From a bacterium (GTDB lineage: Bacteria > Omnitrophota > Gorgyraeia > Aquiviventales > Aquiviventaceae): a stretch of DNA of 64,000 nucleotides. The stretch is taken from NCBI GenBank assembly GCA_036396895.1, contig DASWKB010000038.1, positions 13,145-77,144 on the forward strand. Reading direction: 5' to 3'. A model generated the notes under the pieces. It searched no databases and was not told the DNA's origin. It saw only the letters and a program-made list of their open reading frames with translations. The position numbers and the translations under genes are program-made. Of the stretch, positions 38,774-49,449 are shown in pieces. Numbering within the stretch: the stretch's first letter is position 1; every line of letters starts with the position of its first letter.

Positions 38774-40512
38774 CCCCCTCCCCCCCAGCGCGCCGCCTTC
38801 GCCCGCCGCGCGATGAACATCCACACGACCCCGAGAATCACGATGAGAAATCCGGCGTACACCAGCGGCGTGCCGGGATCGTTCCGCACCGACAGCACCG
38901 TCGTTTCCACTGCGCCCGGGACGAAGCTCGACTGGAACAGGCTGTACCCGCGGTACTTGAGCGGGTTGTTCATGCTGATCTTGCGCATGAGGATAACGCC
39001 CCGCTCCAGGTCGCTCAGGTGGACGTCGCTTTCGAAGCCGGCGGCCATCTGCGTGCCGGGATAATCGATCTTCCTGAAGTCCAGCAGCTTCACGGTGAAC
39101 GGCAGCTCGCGCGTCTGCTGCTCGTAGCTCACCGTCACGGGGTGCCCGTTGAGATCCAGCTCGAGCGCGCCGCCGGATCCGACCCAGCCGTCGGCTTCAG
39201 CGTCGCTCGAGGACAGCGTCACGTGCAGCGCTTCCCCCCTGACCTCGTCGCTGCGGTTCGTCACGCGCTGCTCCAGGACGGCGCGCGGCGCGTACGCCTC
39301 CACGCGGAACACGTACTCGAGCCAAGGGTGCGTATACGTCTCGCCCGGCTCCAGATGCTCGACATGCCGCCGTTCGCCCGCCCGGCCGGTCAGCACCGCG
39401 CCCAGCCGCTCGGCGCCCGGATGCACGTAGAGCGCGATCGCATTCGGCGGCAGCGACGCCGAGAAGGGATGCGTGTAGCTCACCTGGGCCGGAATCTGAT
39501 GCTGCCAGCCGTGCATGGACGCGATGTCCGGATGGAAGGCGAAGAGCAGGTACGGGTCGGTCCCCTCCGGTCCGCTCAGCGTGAAGGCCACCGCGGGATT
39601 GTTCGGAGAGTCCGAGCGGGATTCGGGGCCATCCTCGCCGATCACGAAGTCAGGAAAGTAGTCGCGGAACGTGATCGTGTACGGAGTCCCCTCGACCGGG
39701 ATGGGCGTGTGCATCGTCTCCGGCACAGGAATGTCGCGCGCACCCAGGTCCGGCAGCGCCACGGCCACGACCCCCCGCAGGTGGCGGGTGGCCGGAACCG
39801 GCTCGATGAGGCGCGCGGCGTCGGCCTCCGTTTCCGGCTCGAGGAAGATGACGTGCGCGTCGCCCCAGCCGATCCCGAACCGCTCCGGGTCGCGCGCGAA
39901 GAGCCACAGCGCGTCCTGCTGGAGCCCGTGTTCCACCCTGACCCGCACGGCCGGGTTCGCCTCAGGCCCGCCATCGGTGACCTCGTCCTGCACCACCGCG
40001 TCCGGATAATACCGGTTCACCGTGAGCTCCAGGCGGCGGCCCTCCAGCTCGGCCGAGAACGACGCGTCGGGCTCGTGCACCCAGGCCTGCGTCTCGAAGA
40101 AGGTCGGGAACGCCCGGTGCCCGCCGGGATTCGGCTGATGCAGCACGAGGACCTTGCCCGGAAGCAGCAGCGTCCGGTTGGCCTCCCCTTCGCGGATCAC
40201 GAGCTGGCCCTCGATGCCGAAGCGGCCGCCGATGATGCCGCCGAGGAGAATGCAGATGATCCCGAGGTGCGCCAGGAGGAACGGCACGTGCTTGCGCTTC
40301 CACGGCACGCGACGCAGCGCCGACACCACCAGGTTCACCGCGAGAAATCCGAGGATCCCCTGGAACCACCACGCCTGGTAGATGAAGCGCTGGACGGAGG
40401 CCGTGCCGTAACGCGTCTCATAGATCGTGCCCCACGCCAGCACGATCGCGATCGCGAGGATCAGCGCGACCGCCATCTGGAGTGAGCCCATCCAACGAAG
40501 GAGTCGAGTCAT
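38767..40512 (-). CDS. ccsB: Cytochrome c biogenesis protein CcsB/ResB (System II)
   Basis: 581 aa with N-terminal TM helices and the ResB family N-terminus (…WGTIYETRYGTASVQRFIYQAWWF…). Confidence 0.8.
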   Translation of the reverse strand: MTRLLRWMGSLQMAVALILAIAIVLAWGTIYETRYGTASVQRFIYQAWWFQGILGFLAVNLVVSALRRVPWKRKHVPFLLAHLGIICILLGGIIGGRFGIEGQLVIREGEANRTLLLPGKVLVLHQPNPGGHRAFPTFFETQAWVHEPDASFSAELEGRRLELTVNRYYPDAVVQDEVTDGGPEANPAVRVRVEHGLQQDALWLFARDPERFGIGWGDAHVIFLEPETEADAARLIEPVPATRHLRGVVAVALPDLGARDIPVPETMHTPIPVEGTPYTITFRDYFPDFVIGEDGPESRSDSPNNPAVAFTLSGPEGTDPYLLFAFHPDIASMHGWQHQIPAQVSYTHPFSASLPPNAIALYVHPGAERLGAVLTGRAGERRHVEHLEPGETYTHPWLEYVFRVEAYAPRAVLEQRVTNRSDEVRGEALHVTLSSSDAEADGWVGSGGALELDLNGHPVTVSYEQQTRELPFTVKLLDFRKIDYPGTQMAAGFESDVHLSDLERGVILMRKISMNNPLKYRGYSLFQSSFVPGAVETTVLSVRNDPGTPLVYAGFLIVILGVVWMFIARRAKAARWGGGGA

Positions 40513-40686
40513 CAGCGGTGTGTCCGTGCCGTTACAACGGGAGGGCGACTGCGTCCCTGCCGACCATGCGCCTTATCATACTACACCGATGCGTCGGAAG
40601 GAAAGACGGGAAAAAACCTGGCCATGGCGACGAAGGCGAGCCCGCCGGCGCAGAGCCCCGCCGCGGCCATCGCGAGCGCGCGCCGC

Positions 40687-42603
40687 CTACACCTCGTCAT
40701 CCGGCTCGTTCTCGCGGTGGGCCCGATCCGACTCCGAGGGCCGCCCGCTGATCCACGTCCACTTCATCGGGTACTCGTCCGGGTCGAACATCACGAAGTA
40801 GAAGTGCCACACGGCGATCGCCAGGCACGCGAGGACCGCCTCGTAGTAGTGAATCGCGTTCACCACGTCGAAGCACCACTTCGGGAACACGCGCAGCGTC
40901 CAGTCCTGCCAGGTCATCAGCGTGCCCGTCAGCACCATCACGATGGAGCCCCACACGAGCGCCCAGTACTCCATCTTCTCGACATAGCTGTAGCGGGCGA
41001 AGACCGGCCGCGCCGCGCGCCGTCCCAGGTAGAACGCCAGCATGCGGAACGGATCGATGAGATCGCGGCGCCTCGGCCACAGCGCCGCCAGCTCCTTCCT
41101 GCCGCGCGTCGTGGCGGCCATGAACCACAGGTGGTACACCGACAGCAGCACGAACAGCGCCGCCGCGACCCGGTGCCCCATGCTCCGCCAATCGAACCGG
41201 CCGACGAAGGGGCTCGACCACCAGGCCTGCGGGAACGACAGCGCGAAGCCCGTGTAGGCCAGCGTCAGGAACGCGAGAATCAACAGGACGTGCTGGAGGC
41301 GCTCGCCGCGCTGCATCCGCATGCCGGTGGCCTGAGCCCGGTGGCGGCGGTAATGCTCGGCGAGCTTCCGCCTGAAGTCCAGGAAGTTGTGCGCGAGCAT
41401 CCCGCCGATCACCATCACGATCAGCGCCAGGTAGAACCTGCGGACCCACCCGACGACGCGGTGCTCCAGGCCCGGCCGGGTGCCTGAGTGGATCTGCCCT
41501 TTGGCGACCTGGGCGCTGACGCCGGGGTGGCACTTCCCGCAGGTCTGCGGCAGGTTCGAGGGATGCACCGAGGAGCGGGGGTCGTTCGAGGGGAGGATAT
41601 CGTGGGCCCCGTGGCAGGAGGCGCAGTTCGCCGCCGTCGGCATGCCCATCTGCAGCGCAAGCCCGTGGAAGCTCGACATGTAGGTGTCGACGGTGTGCGA
41701 CGGGAGCCCGTACTTGGTGATGATGCGCTCGGCTGCGTGGCACTGCCCGCACGTCTCGGGAATGTGCGAGGGGAAGACCGACGATGCGGCCAGCTTCACG
41801 GACGCGATGGTGTGCTCGCCGTGGCAGTCGGTGCAGACCGGCGCCTCGCGCTTCCCCGCCTGGACGGCGCCGCCGTGGACGCTGCGCAGGTACGTCTGCT
41901 GGATGTTCTCATGGCATTTCCCGCAGGTGGCCGGGATGCGCTGCCAGTAGAGCTTCGACCCCGGATTGGTCGCGCGGTGCAGATCGTGCGAGCCGTGGCA
42001 GTCCGTGCACACGGCCGCCGCCGCCACGCCCCGCTCGATGAGCGCCCGGCCGTGCACGCTCTCATCGTAGGAGGCCACCGGCTCGGGCTGCGCCAGCCGG
42101 AACCGGGCCATCTCGGCGGTCTTCCCGTGGCATTGCGCGCAGGTCTCGGGAATGTTGGCCCGGTGCACGGGCGAGGCGGGGTTGCGCGAGCTCAGCAGCT
42201 CATGGGCGTTGCCGTGGCAGCTGCGGCAGGTCGCCGCTTCGGTGACGCCGGCTTTCAGCGCCAGGCCGTGATCGCTGTTCAGGTAGACTTCGGTCTCGAT
42301 CCGGTGGCAGGAGGCGCAGCTCACGGGCGCAAGCGGCACGCCGTGCGGGATCTCCGTCACGTCCCGGTGGCAGCTCGTGCAGCGGTTGCGGCCGTGGATC
42401 GAGGCTCCGAACAGCTCGGGGTCGATGAACGGGTCCGCGGACGGGTCGCCGTGGCACGCCAGGCACGTGTCATTGTCCGGAGCCTCCTGCGCGCGCGCCG
42501 GCGCTGCGAATGCCAACACCAATCCCAGCGCCAACCATCGTGCCAAATTCGGAATTCGGAATGCGGAATGGCTCGGCGTACCGTTCGATGTGGAATGTGT
42601 CAT
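40687..42603 (-). CDS. Undecaheme c-type cytochrome fused to a C-terminal diheme cytochrome b (HydC/FdnI-like) membrane domain; same architecture as Geobacter CbcL
   Basis: 11 CxxCH motifs follow a signal peptide. The C-terminal 4-5 TM helices carry conserved His (MLAHNFLDF, SVYHLWF, NAIHYYEAVL, AVWHFYF). The start codon and N-region lie inside the GGAATKC element. Confidence 0.7.
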   Translation of the reverse strand: MTHSTSNGTPSHSAFRIPNLARWLALGLVLAFAAPARAQEAPDNDTCLACHGDPSADPFIDPELFGASIHGRNRCTSCHRDVTEIPHGVPLAPVSCASCHRIETEVYLNSDHGLALKAGVTEAATCRSCHGNAHELLSSRNPASPVHRANIPETCAQCHGKTAEMARFRLAQPEPVASYDESVHGRALIERGVAAAAVCTDCHGSHDLHRATNPGSKLYWQRIPATCGKCHENIQQTYLRSVHGGAVQAGKREAPVCTDCHGEHTIASVKLAASSVFPSHIPETCGQCHAAERIITKYGLPSHTVDTYMSSFHGLALQMGMPTAANCASCHGAHDILPSNDPRSSVHPSNLPQTCGKCHPGVSAQVAKGQIHSGTRPGLEHRVVGWVRRFYLALIVMVIGGMLAHNFLDFRRKLAEHYRRHRAQATGMRMQRGERLQHVLLILAFLTLAYTGFALSFPQAWWSSPFVGRFDWRSMGHRVAAALFVLLSVYHLWFMAATTRGRKELAALWPRRRDLIDPFRMLAFYLGRRAARPVFARYSYVEKMEYWALVWGSIVMVLTGTLMTWQDWTLRVFPKWCFDVVNAIHYYEAVLACLAIAVWHFYFVMFDPDEYPMKWTWISGRPSESDRAHRENEPDDEV

Positions 42604-42678
42604 GGACCGGCCGAGCGGGCATGACACGTTACACATCCAACATGACACAATCGGGATTCCGCATTCCGCATTTGGCAC
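42540..42678. repeat. Heptamer-array hairpin element, GGAATKC family, copy 2 (longest; near-perfect terminal inverted repeats)
   Basis: gtgccaaattcggaattcggaatgcggaatg …(unique core with tgtcatg/catgaca and ggctcggc/gccgagc sub-palindromes)… gggattccgcattccgcatttggcac. Confidence 0.75.
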
Positions 42679-42686
42679 TGATTTCG

Positions 42687-44200
<1,514 letters not shown>

Positions 44201-44201
<1 letters not shown>

Positions 44202-45485
44202 CACGAGCGCTCCCCCCGCGAGCCGTCCGGGCGGTCCAACTCCCTGATCCGCAGCACGAGGCCGAGGATCAAGAGCCCCAGGATCACGAGCGTCACCCAA
44301 AAGCCCTTGCGGCGGAAGTGGAACTCCTCCACCGCCTGCTCCCCCTGCCCCGCGGCCTCATCCGCATGGGCAAGCCCCTCCTCGACGATGGGGTCCATCT
44401 TGTCCATCGAAAAGGCGTGCACATACGCCCGCGACTGCGTCAGTTTGGCGCCCGCCTCGTGGAGCTCGAATTCCGCGTCCGCCACGTCCATGCCCAGGCC
44501 GTCGGCCTGTTCGATCAGGGCATTCGCGTCCTGCACGCGGGTCTTGAGCCGCTCGATTGCCCCGCGCATCGCTTGGGCGGTGCGGAACCCCGCGGACTCG
44601 GGCTCGTGGCAGCTGACGCAGAGCGCCTCGGGGCCGGTCCCGAGCATCTCGTCCGTCGGCCTGGCGATCAAATGGTTGCCGTGGCACACCTCGCACTCCG
44701 GCAGCCCCAACGCCTCGTGCGCCGCTTTGTGCGGGCTGTTGACGAACAGGTCGCGCGAGAGCGCGTGGCACTGGGCGCACACGTTGCCGACGGCGAGCGT
44801 GCCCGGGCGGGCGGCCTCGTGTGATCCGTGGCAGCTGGCGCAATGGGGCGCCGCGCGGTCGCCCCGGAACAACAGCGCCTGGCCGTGCACGCTCCGCGAA
44901 TATTCCCAGTGCTGATTGACCGGCAGCCCGTGCCGGTCCATGACGGACGCGTCCGCATGGCACGTCGCGCACGTCCCGGGGATGTTGGTCGCATAGACCG
45001 GCGAGGAGGGGTTGCGCGCCTGCAGGATCCCGTGGACGCCGTGACAGCTCGTGCAGACGGGAACGTCGGCGTCGTGCGCGGCGAAGCGTTTGCCGTGCTG
45101 GCTCGTCAGGTACTTCGCGTACTGGTCGGTCGGCAGGTTCGGATTGAACCGCCGCATGTACTCCGGATTCGCGTGGCACCGGGCGCAGAGCGCCGGGATC
45201 TCCTCGCGCCGGATATGCCCGAGGAACCCCCGCGCGGGATCCATGGCCGCCTCCGGATCCATGGAGGCGGGATCTCCCCCGTGGCAGTCGGCGCACGTGA
45301 GCCCGCGCGCGGCATGCACATCGTCGGGAAACAGCGCGGCCGGCCCCCGGGTGCCGCCCTCCATGGCCTGATGGCATTCCACGCACCCGCTGCCCTTGGT
45401 CTGTGCCTGCGCCGCCGGCGCCCATGCCGGGATCGCGAGCGCCGCGACGACGCCGGCTCGCAGCACCACCGCCGAGCGCGTCATG
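44201..45485 (-). CDS. Nonaheme c-type cytochrome with signal peptide and C-terminal TM anchor
   Basis: From MTRSAVVLRAGVVAALAIPAWAPAAQA; 9 CxxCH; C-terminal WVTLVILGLLILGLVL helix. Its ATGA overlap with the cytochrome b stop suggests translational coupling. Confidence 0.75.
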
Positions 45486-46560
45486 GCGCGTGCCCGATCC
45501 AGAGCGCGTAGACCGTCATGCCCACCACGTAGCTCATCCCGACCCACCCCAGCAGCGCCATCAGCCAATGCGCCCGTCCGCGGCGGGCCGGACGGTCCAG
45601 CCACGGCACCAGCACCAGCGCGGCGCCCGCAATCCCGATGCCGCCGATGGCGAGCAGCTCTCCTTCCAAGCCGAAGACATGGCTCGGCACCAGCTTCAAG
45701 GTCTGAAACATCCAGAGGAAGTACCATTCCGGCTCGATGCCGGCCGGCGTCGGCGCGAAGGGATCCGCCTGCTCGCCCAGCGTGGCCGGCAGGTACACCG
45801 CGAGGGCCAGCACCGCCCCGAGCATCACGCACCATGCGACCAGATCCCGGAGCAGGAAGTCCGGCACGAACGGCATGCTGCGCTCGTCCCGCACAGAGAG
45901 CGGCCGGCTCATCCCCTGCATCTGAATCATGGCCAGATGCGCGCCCAGCAGGCCCAGGAGCGCGATCGGCAGGATGGCGATATGCAGCCAATAGAACCGC
46001 CGGATGGTCGCCGCGCCCACTTCCGGACCTCCGCGCAGCATGGTCCCGATGACCGGGCCGATCCCGGGCACGGCCGCGGAGATTTCCGTGCCGACTTTCG
46101 TCGCGAAGTACGCGAGCGTATTCCACGGCAGGAGGTACCCGGTGAATCCGAAGCCCATCAGGAGGAAAAACAGGAGCGCCCCGCTGACCCAGGTCAGTTC
46201 CCGGGGCGGGCGGTACGCCTTCAGGAAAAACGTGCTCGCCAGATGCACGAAGGCGGAGAGGATCGCCACGTTCGCCGCCCAGGCGTGCACCGAGCGCACG
46301 AGCCAGCCGAACTCCACCTTGGTCATGATGAAGCGGACGGACTCGAACGCGTGCTCGGCGGAGGGCTGATAGTACAGCAGCAGCAGGATGCCGCTCAGAA
46401 TCTGGATGACGATCAGGACAAGCGTCATGCCGCCCCAGTAATACCAGATCGTGTGCCGGTGGACGGGCACCGTCTTGTGGGACGCGAACTCGCCGAGGCG
46501 CTGCAGGGGATAGCGGCTGTGGAAGAAGCCGCGCAGCCGCTCAGCCGCGCGCGCGAACAT
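45481..46560 (-). CDS. petB: Cytochrome b (bc1/b6f family, b6 + subunit IV fused length)
   Basis: …WGGMTLVLIVIQILSGILLLLYY…, the heme-ligand His regions (SVHAWAANVAILSAFVHL…) and a PEW-like region (LPW). Confidence 0.85.
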   Translation of the reverse strand: MFARAAERLRGFFHSRYPLQRLGEFASHKTVPVHRHTIWYYWGGMTLVLIVIQILSGILLLLYYQPSAEHAFESVRFIMTKVEFGWLVRSVHAWAANVAILSAFVHLASTFFLKAYRPPRELTWVSGALLFFLLMGFGFTGYLLPWNTLAYFATKVGTEISAAVPGIGPVIGTMLRGGPEVGAATIRRFYWLHIAILPIALLGLLGAHLAMIQMQGMSRPLSVRDERSMPFVPDFLLRDLVAWCVMLGAVLALAVYLPATLGEQADPFAPTPAGIEPEWYFLWMFQTLKLVPSHVFGLEGELLAIGGIGIAGAALVLVPWLDRPARRGRAHWLMALLGWVGMSYVVGMTVYALWIGHAP

Positions 46561-46811
46561 GGAGCCTCACGGGCAAGCCCGTCGCACTTGTCATCCCACG
46601 CTCCGCGTGAGGCGACATCCCGCCCCCGGTCTTGGCCGGAGCAGGCTCGGCGGGATGGAGCCTCACGGGCATGCCGGTTGCCCACATGAACACCGCCCGT
46701 GGGGCGGAATCCCGCGCGAGCCCACGGCCGCTGGCCGTGGTGCGAGTCGCGGGATCACCGGGTCCTTTCGCGCGCGTCATGATCCGCACCGGCAGCGCGC
46801 CCGCGGCTCCG
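46560..46811. repeat. Structured spacer between Rieske and cytochrome b genes, with direct and inverted copies of GGAGCCTCACG and several short stem-loops
   Basis: Two direct repeats of about 26 nt (atggagcctcacgggcaagcc…/atggagcctcacgggcatgcc…), an inverted copy (cgcgtgaggcg), and hairpins cgggcaagcccg and ccacgggc…gcccgtgg. Confidence 0.45.
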
Positions 46812-47294
46812 TCATGAGGATTTCGACACGACAATGTCATCGCCGCGGATGTTGACCTGAAACGCCTCGAGCGGCCGCGGAGGAGGCCCCGAGATCACCT
46901 GGCCGTTCAGGTCGAACTTGCCGTTGTGGCAGGCGCACCAGATGACGCTGGCGTGATCGTCGTACTGCACGGTGCAGTTCAGGTGCGTGCACACGGCGGA
47001 AAACGCCTTCAGGTCTCCGTGCGGCGTATGGACGAGCAGCGCGGGCTGGGACCCGAACCGGAAGATCTTGGCCTGGTTGGCGGCCAGCTCGCCGACTCTC
47101 CCCGCCACCACGTTCGACACCGAAGCTTCCCGGCCCATGGGAGGATAGAGATACCGCACGATCGGGTAGAGAGTCGACCCGATCAGGGCGAGGACGCCGC
47201 CTTTCAGGAGCCCCCCGAGGAACGCGCGCCGGCTGAACCCCCGGCGCGGACACATAATCCCGTTTGACGGTTCCATCTCGTTGCTCCGACGCAC
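46812..47294 (-). CDS. petA: Rieske [2Fe-2S] iron-sulfur protein with twin-arginine signal
   Basis: Tat motif SRRAFLGG; Rieske boxes CTHLNC and CACHNG. Confidence 0.8.
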   Translation of the reverse strand: MRRSNEMEPSNGIMCPRRGFSRRAFLGGLLKGGVLALIGSTLYPIVRYLYPPMGREASVSNVVAGRVGELAANQAKIFRFGSQPALLVHTPHGDLKAFSAVCTHLNCTVQYDDHASVIWCACHNGKFDLNGQVISGPPPRPLEAFQVNIRGDDIVVSKSS

Positions 47295-47394
47295 AAGAGG
47301 AGGCCGCCCGCCGGCTCCCGCGCATCCGCGCGTCAGTCAGGTCGCCTGGCGGGCGGCCTCCGCAGTGCCCGTGACGCCGTGCCGGAAGCCCGGA

Positions 47395-49431
47395 TCAGAA
47401 CTTCTTCGACACCTCCAACCACAATGCGTTCGCCCGGTAGTTGCCCGCCTCCGCCAAAGACTTGGCCAGATAATGATAATATCCGTACTTCGCGCCGAGT
47501 GTCACGTCCTCCTTCGGCGACCAGTTCACGCCGAGCTCCAGGTCGAGCCGCTCGTTGTCGATGCCGTACGGCAGCGCCGTCGGCGACACGTCATTGAAGT
47601 TCTCCGCGTCGGCATAGAGCAGCGAGGACGTCAGCGACACCGCGGACGTCGGCGTGTAATCGACGGTCAAGAGCCAGGTGGTGACATCGCTGCTGAACGC
47701 CGCGATCGGCGGGTTCGGACCGTGGCGGGCCGGCGTGACCACGTCCGCATCTTGCCGGGACACGGACCCCAGCACCAGGAGCCCATTGAGCGGCTGGAGC
47801 GCCACATCGTAGGTATAGATGTGCGACAACGTCTGCGTCTCGACGCTGTTCATGCCCTGCACCGCGGTCGCGTAGTCATCGTCCCGCAGCTGGTAGCGGA
47901 ACGAGGTGCGCAGCCAGCGCCGTGGCTTGAGCGTCACGCGGGTCGTGAACTCATCCGTGGCCTTGTTGGCATAGTCGATGAACGCGGAGCTGAACGACGT
48001 CTCGAATTGGTCGTCGTAGTCATTGTTGCTCCGTTTGTGGCGCACCTGGCTCGTCACGTCCAGGAACCGCCACGGCGAGCTCCGGGCGCCCAGCGTCCAG
48101 CCGCCGCGGCGGACATCGGTCACCGTGTCCCGGTAGAAGGAGTTCGCGCCCGTGATCCCGTCGGATTGATCTTCGCGAAGCCGGATGCGCGCCTGCTCCA
48201 GCTCGAGGTCCGTGTACACCGACGTACGGGGGATTCCGGTGAACTTGAGCGAGACCGCTTCGCCCCAGCGGTGCTCGTTCGAATCGCTGATGTTGTTCTC
48301 GATCCCGTCGATCACGCCGTCGGGCGACGCCCCGGAGGCCGGCGAGCCGTCTTCAGGATATACGGAGACGCTCTCGCGTTTCGCGAGCTCCGCCTTGAGC
48401 CGGGTGGTCAGCGTGAGCGAGTCCGCGACGTCCACCGCCAGGTTGCCGACCCAGGCGTGCGTATCCACATCGCTGTCGGCGCGCGCGTTCCGCTTCTGCT
48501 CCGAGAAGCTGAAGAAATTCGTCGGCACCCCCGCCGCGTTCAATTCATACAGGTCTTCGTATTCGCGGGCCGTCAGGTGCGCGAAGTGATACGCGCTGGC
48601 GAAGAACACCTTTTCTTCCAGGAACGCCCGCTCCGCGCCGAAGAGCGAGGTCAGCACCGCCGCCTCCGGGCGCTGGTCGTGCCGCCGCATCAGCTTGTCG
48701 GCGGCGGTGGCGGTGGTCGAGATGTCCCGCTCGAGCCGCACGGATTCGATGTCGACGAACTCCGCCTCGTGCTTGGTGGTCAGGTTCCACTCCGCCACCT
48801 CGTCGGCGATCTCGAAGCCCACGACGTCGACGATCTCATCCACTTCCTGCCAAGTGGGCGCGATATTCCGGGTCACCGCCTCCTCCGCTTCGCTCCAGGT
48901 GAGGCGGGATTTCGTGCCGTCCTTGTACTCGCGTTCATAGAACAGCTTGATGTCCGGGAAATCCTCGAGCGTGAGGCCCGCCTCCAGCTCGATCTTGCCG
49001 ATGTCCATCTCCAGGCGCTTGTCCGTTTCGCTCCCCGAGAGCGTCGTGAACGGCGGATACACGCCGCCCGTGCCGTCGTAGTATTTCCGGAATTCCTGGA
49101 AATTCAGGTGGACGTACCCGAGGCCGCCCCAGTTGTACTCGAGCGCCGTCCCGAGATCGTTATCGTCGATGATGGCGTGCCCGGTTGCGCGGAATTCGGT
49201 GTCGCCCTCCCCTTCGACCTTGAGGGAGAAATCCTCGATGCCGCCGCCGTAGCCGTCCTTGATCCAGTGGTGCGCCCGGAACTTCTCGTCATCCCCCTGC
49301 ACGTCGATATAGCGCACGGGCAGCACCGTGATCGAGGACTCCATCTCGGCGGCCGCCGCGGTCCGGGCGCTCCCCAGGAGGCCGCCCACGGCCATGACCA
49401 GCGCCCCCACCGCACCGATCGTCGCTCTCAT
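47395..49431 (-). CDS. Outer-membrane beta-barrel protein (large, about 650 aa mature; C-terminal Phe)
   Basis: Signal peptide MRATIGAVGALVMAVGGLLGSARTAAAA, alternating amphipathic beta-strand pattern with aromatic girdle residues throughout, and a terminal …LWLEVSKKF. Confidence 0.55.
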   Translation of the reverse strand: MRATIGAVGALVMAVGGLLGSARTAAAAEMESSITVLPVRYIDVQGDDEKFRAHHWIKDGYGGGIEDFSLKVEGEGDTEFRATGHAIIDDNDLGTALEYNWGGLGYVHLNFQEFRKYYDGTGGVYPPFTTLSGSETDKRLEMDIGKIELEAGLTLEDFPDIKLFYEREYKDGTKSRLTWSEAEEAVTRNIAPTWQEVDEIVDVVGFEIADEVAEWNLTTKHEAEFVDIESVRLERDISTTATAADKLMRRHDQRPEAAVLTSLFGAERAFLEEKVFFASAYHFAHLTAREYEDLYELNAAGVPTNFFSFSEQKRNARADSDVDTHAWVGNLAVDVADSLTLTTRLKAELAKRESVSVYPEDGSPASGASPDGVIDGIENNISDSNEHRWGEAVSLKFTGIPRTSVYTDLELEQARIRLREDQSDGITGANSFYRDTVTDVRRGGWTLGARSSPWRFLDVTSQVRHKRSNNDYDDQFETSFSSAFIDYANKATDEFTTRVTLKPRRWLRTSFRYQLRDDDYATAVQGMNSVETQTLSHIYTYDVALQPLNGLLVLGSVSRQDADVVTPARHGPNPPIAAFSSDVTTWLLTVDYTPTSAVSLTSSLLYADAENFNDVSPTALPYGIDNERLDLELGVNWSPKEDVTLGAKYGYYHYLAKSLAEAGNYRANALWLEVSKKF

Positions 49432-49449
49432 CTCGCCTCCTCCCTCGCC

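Noticed and set aside
47395-49431. Calling the outer-membrane barrel MtrB
   Set aside because: It has the size and context of MtrB but lacks the conserved N-terminal CXXC. Without an alignment, the family assignment would be a guess, so it is reported as a generic outer-membrane barrel.
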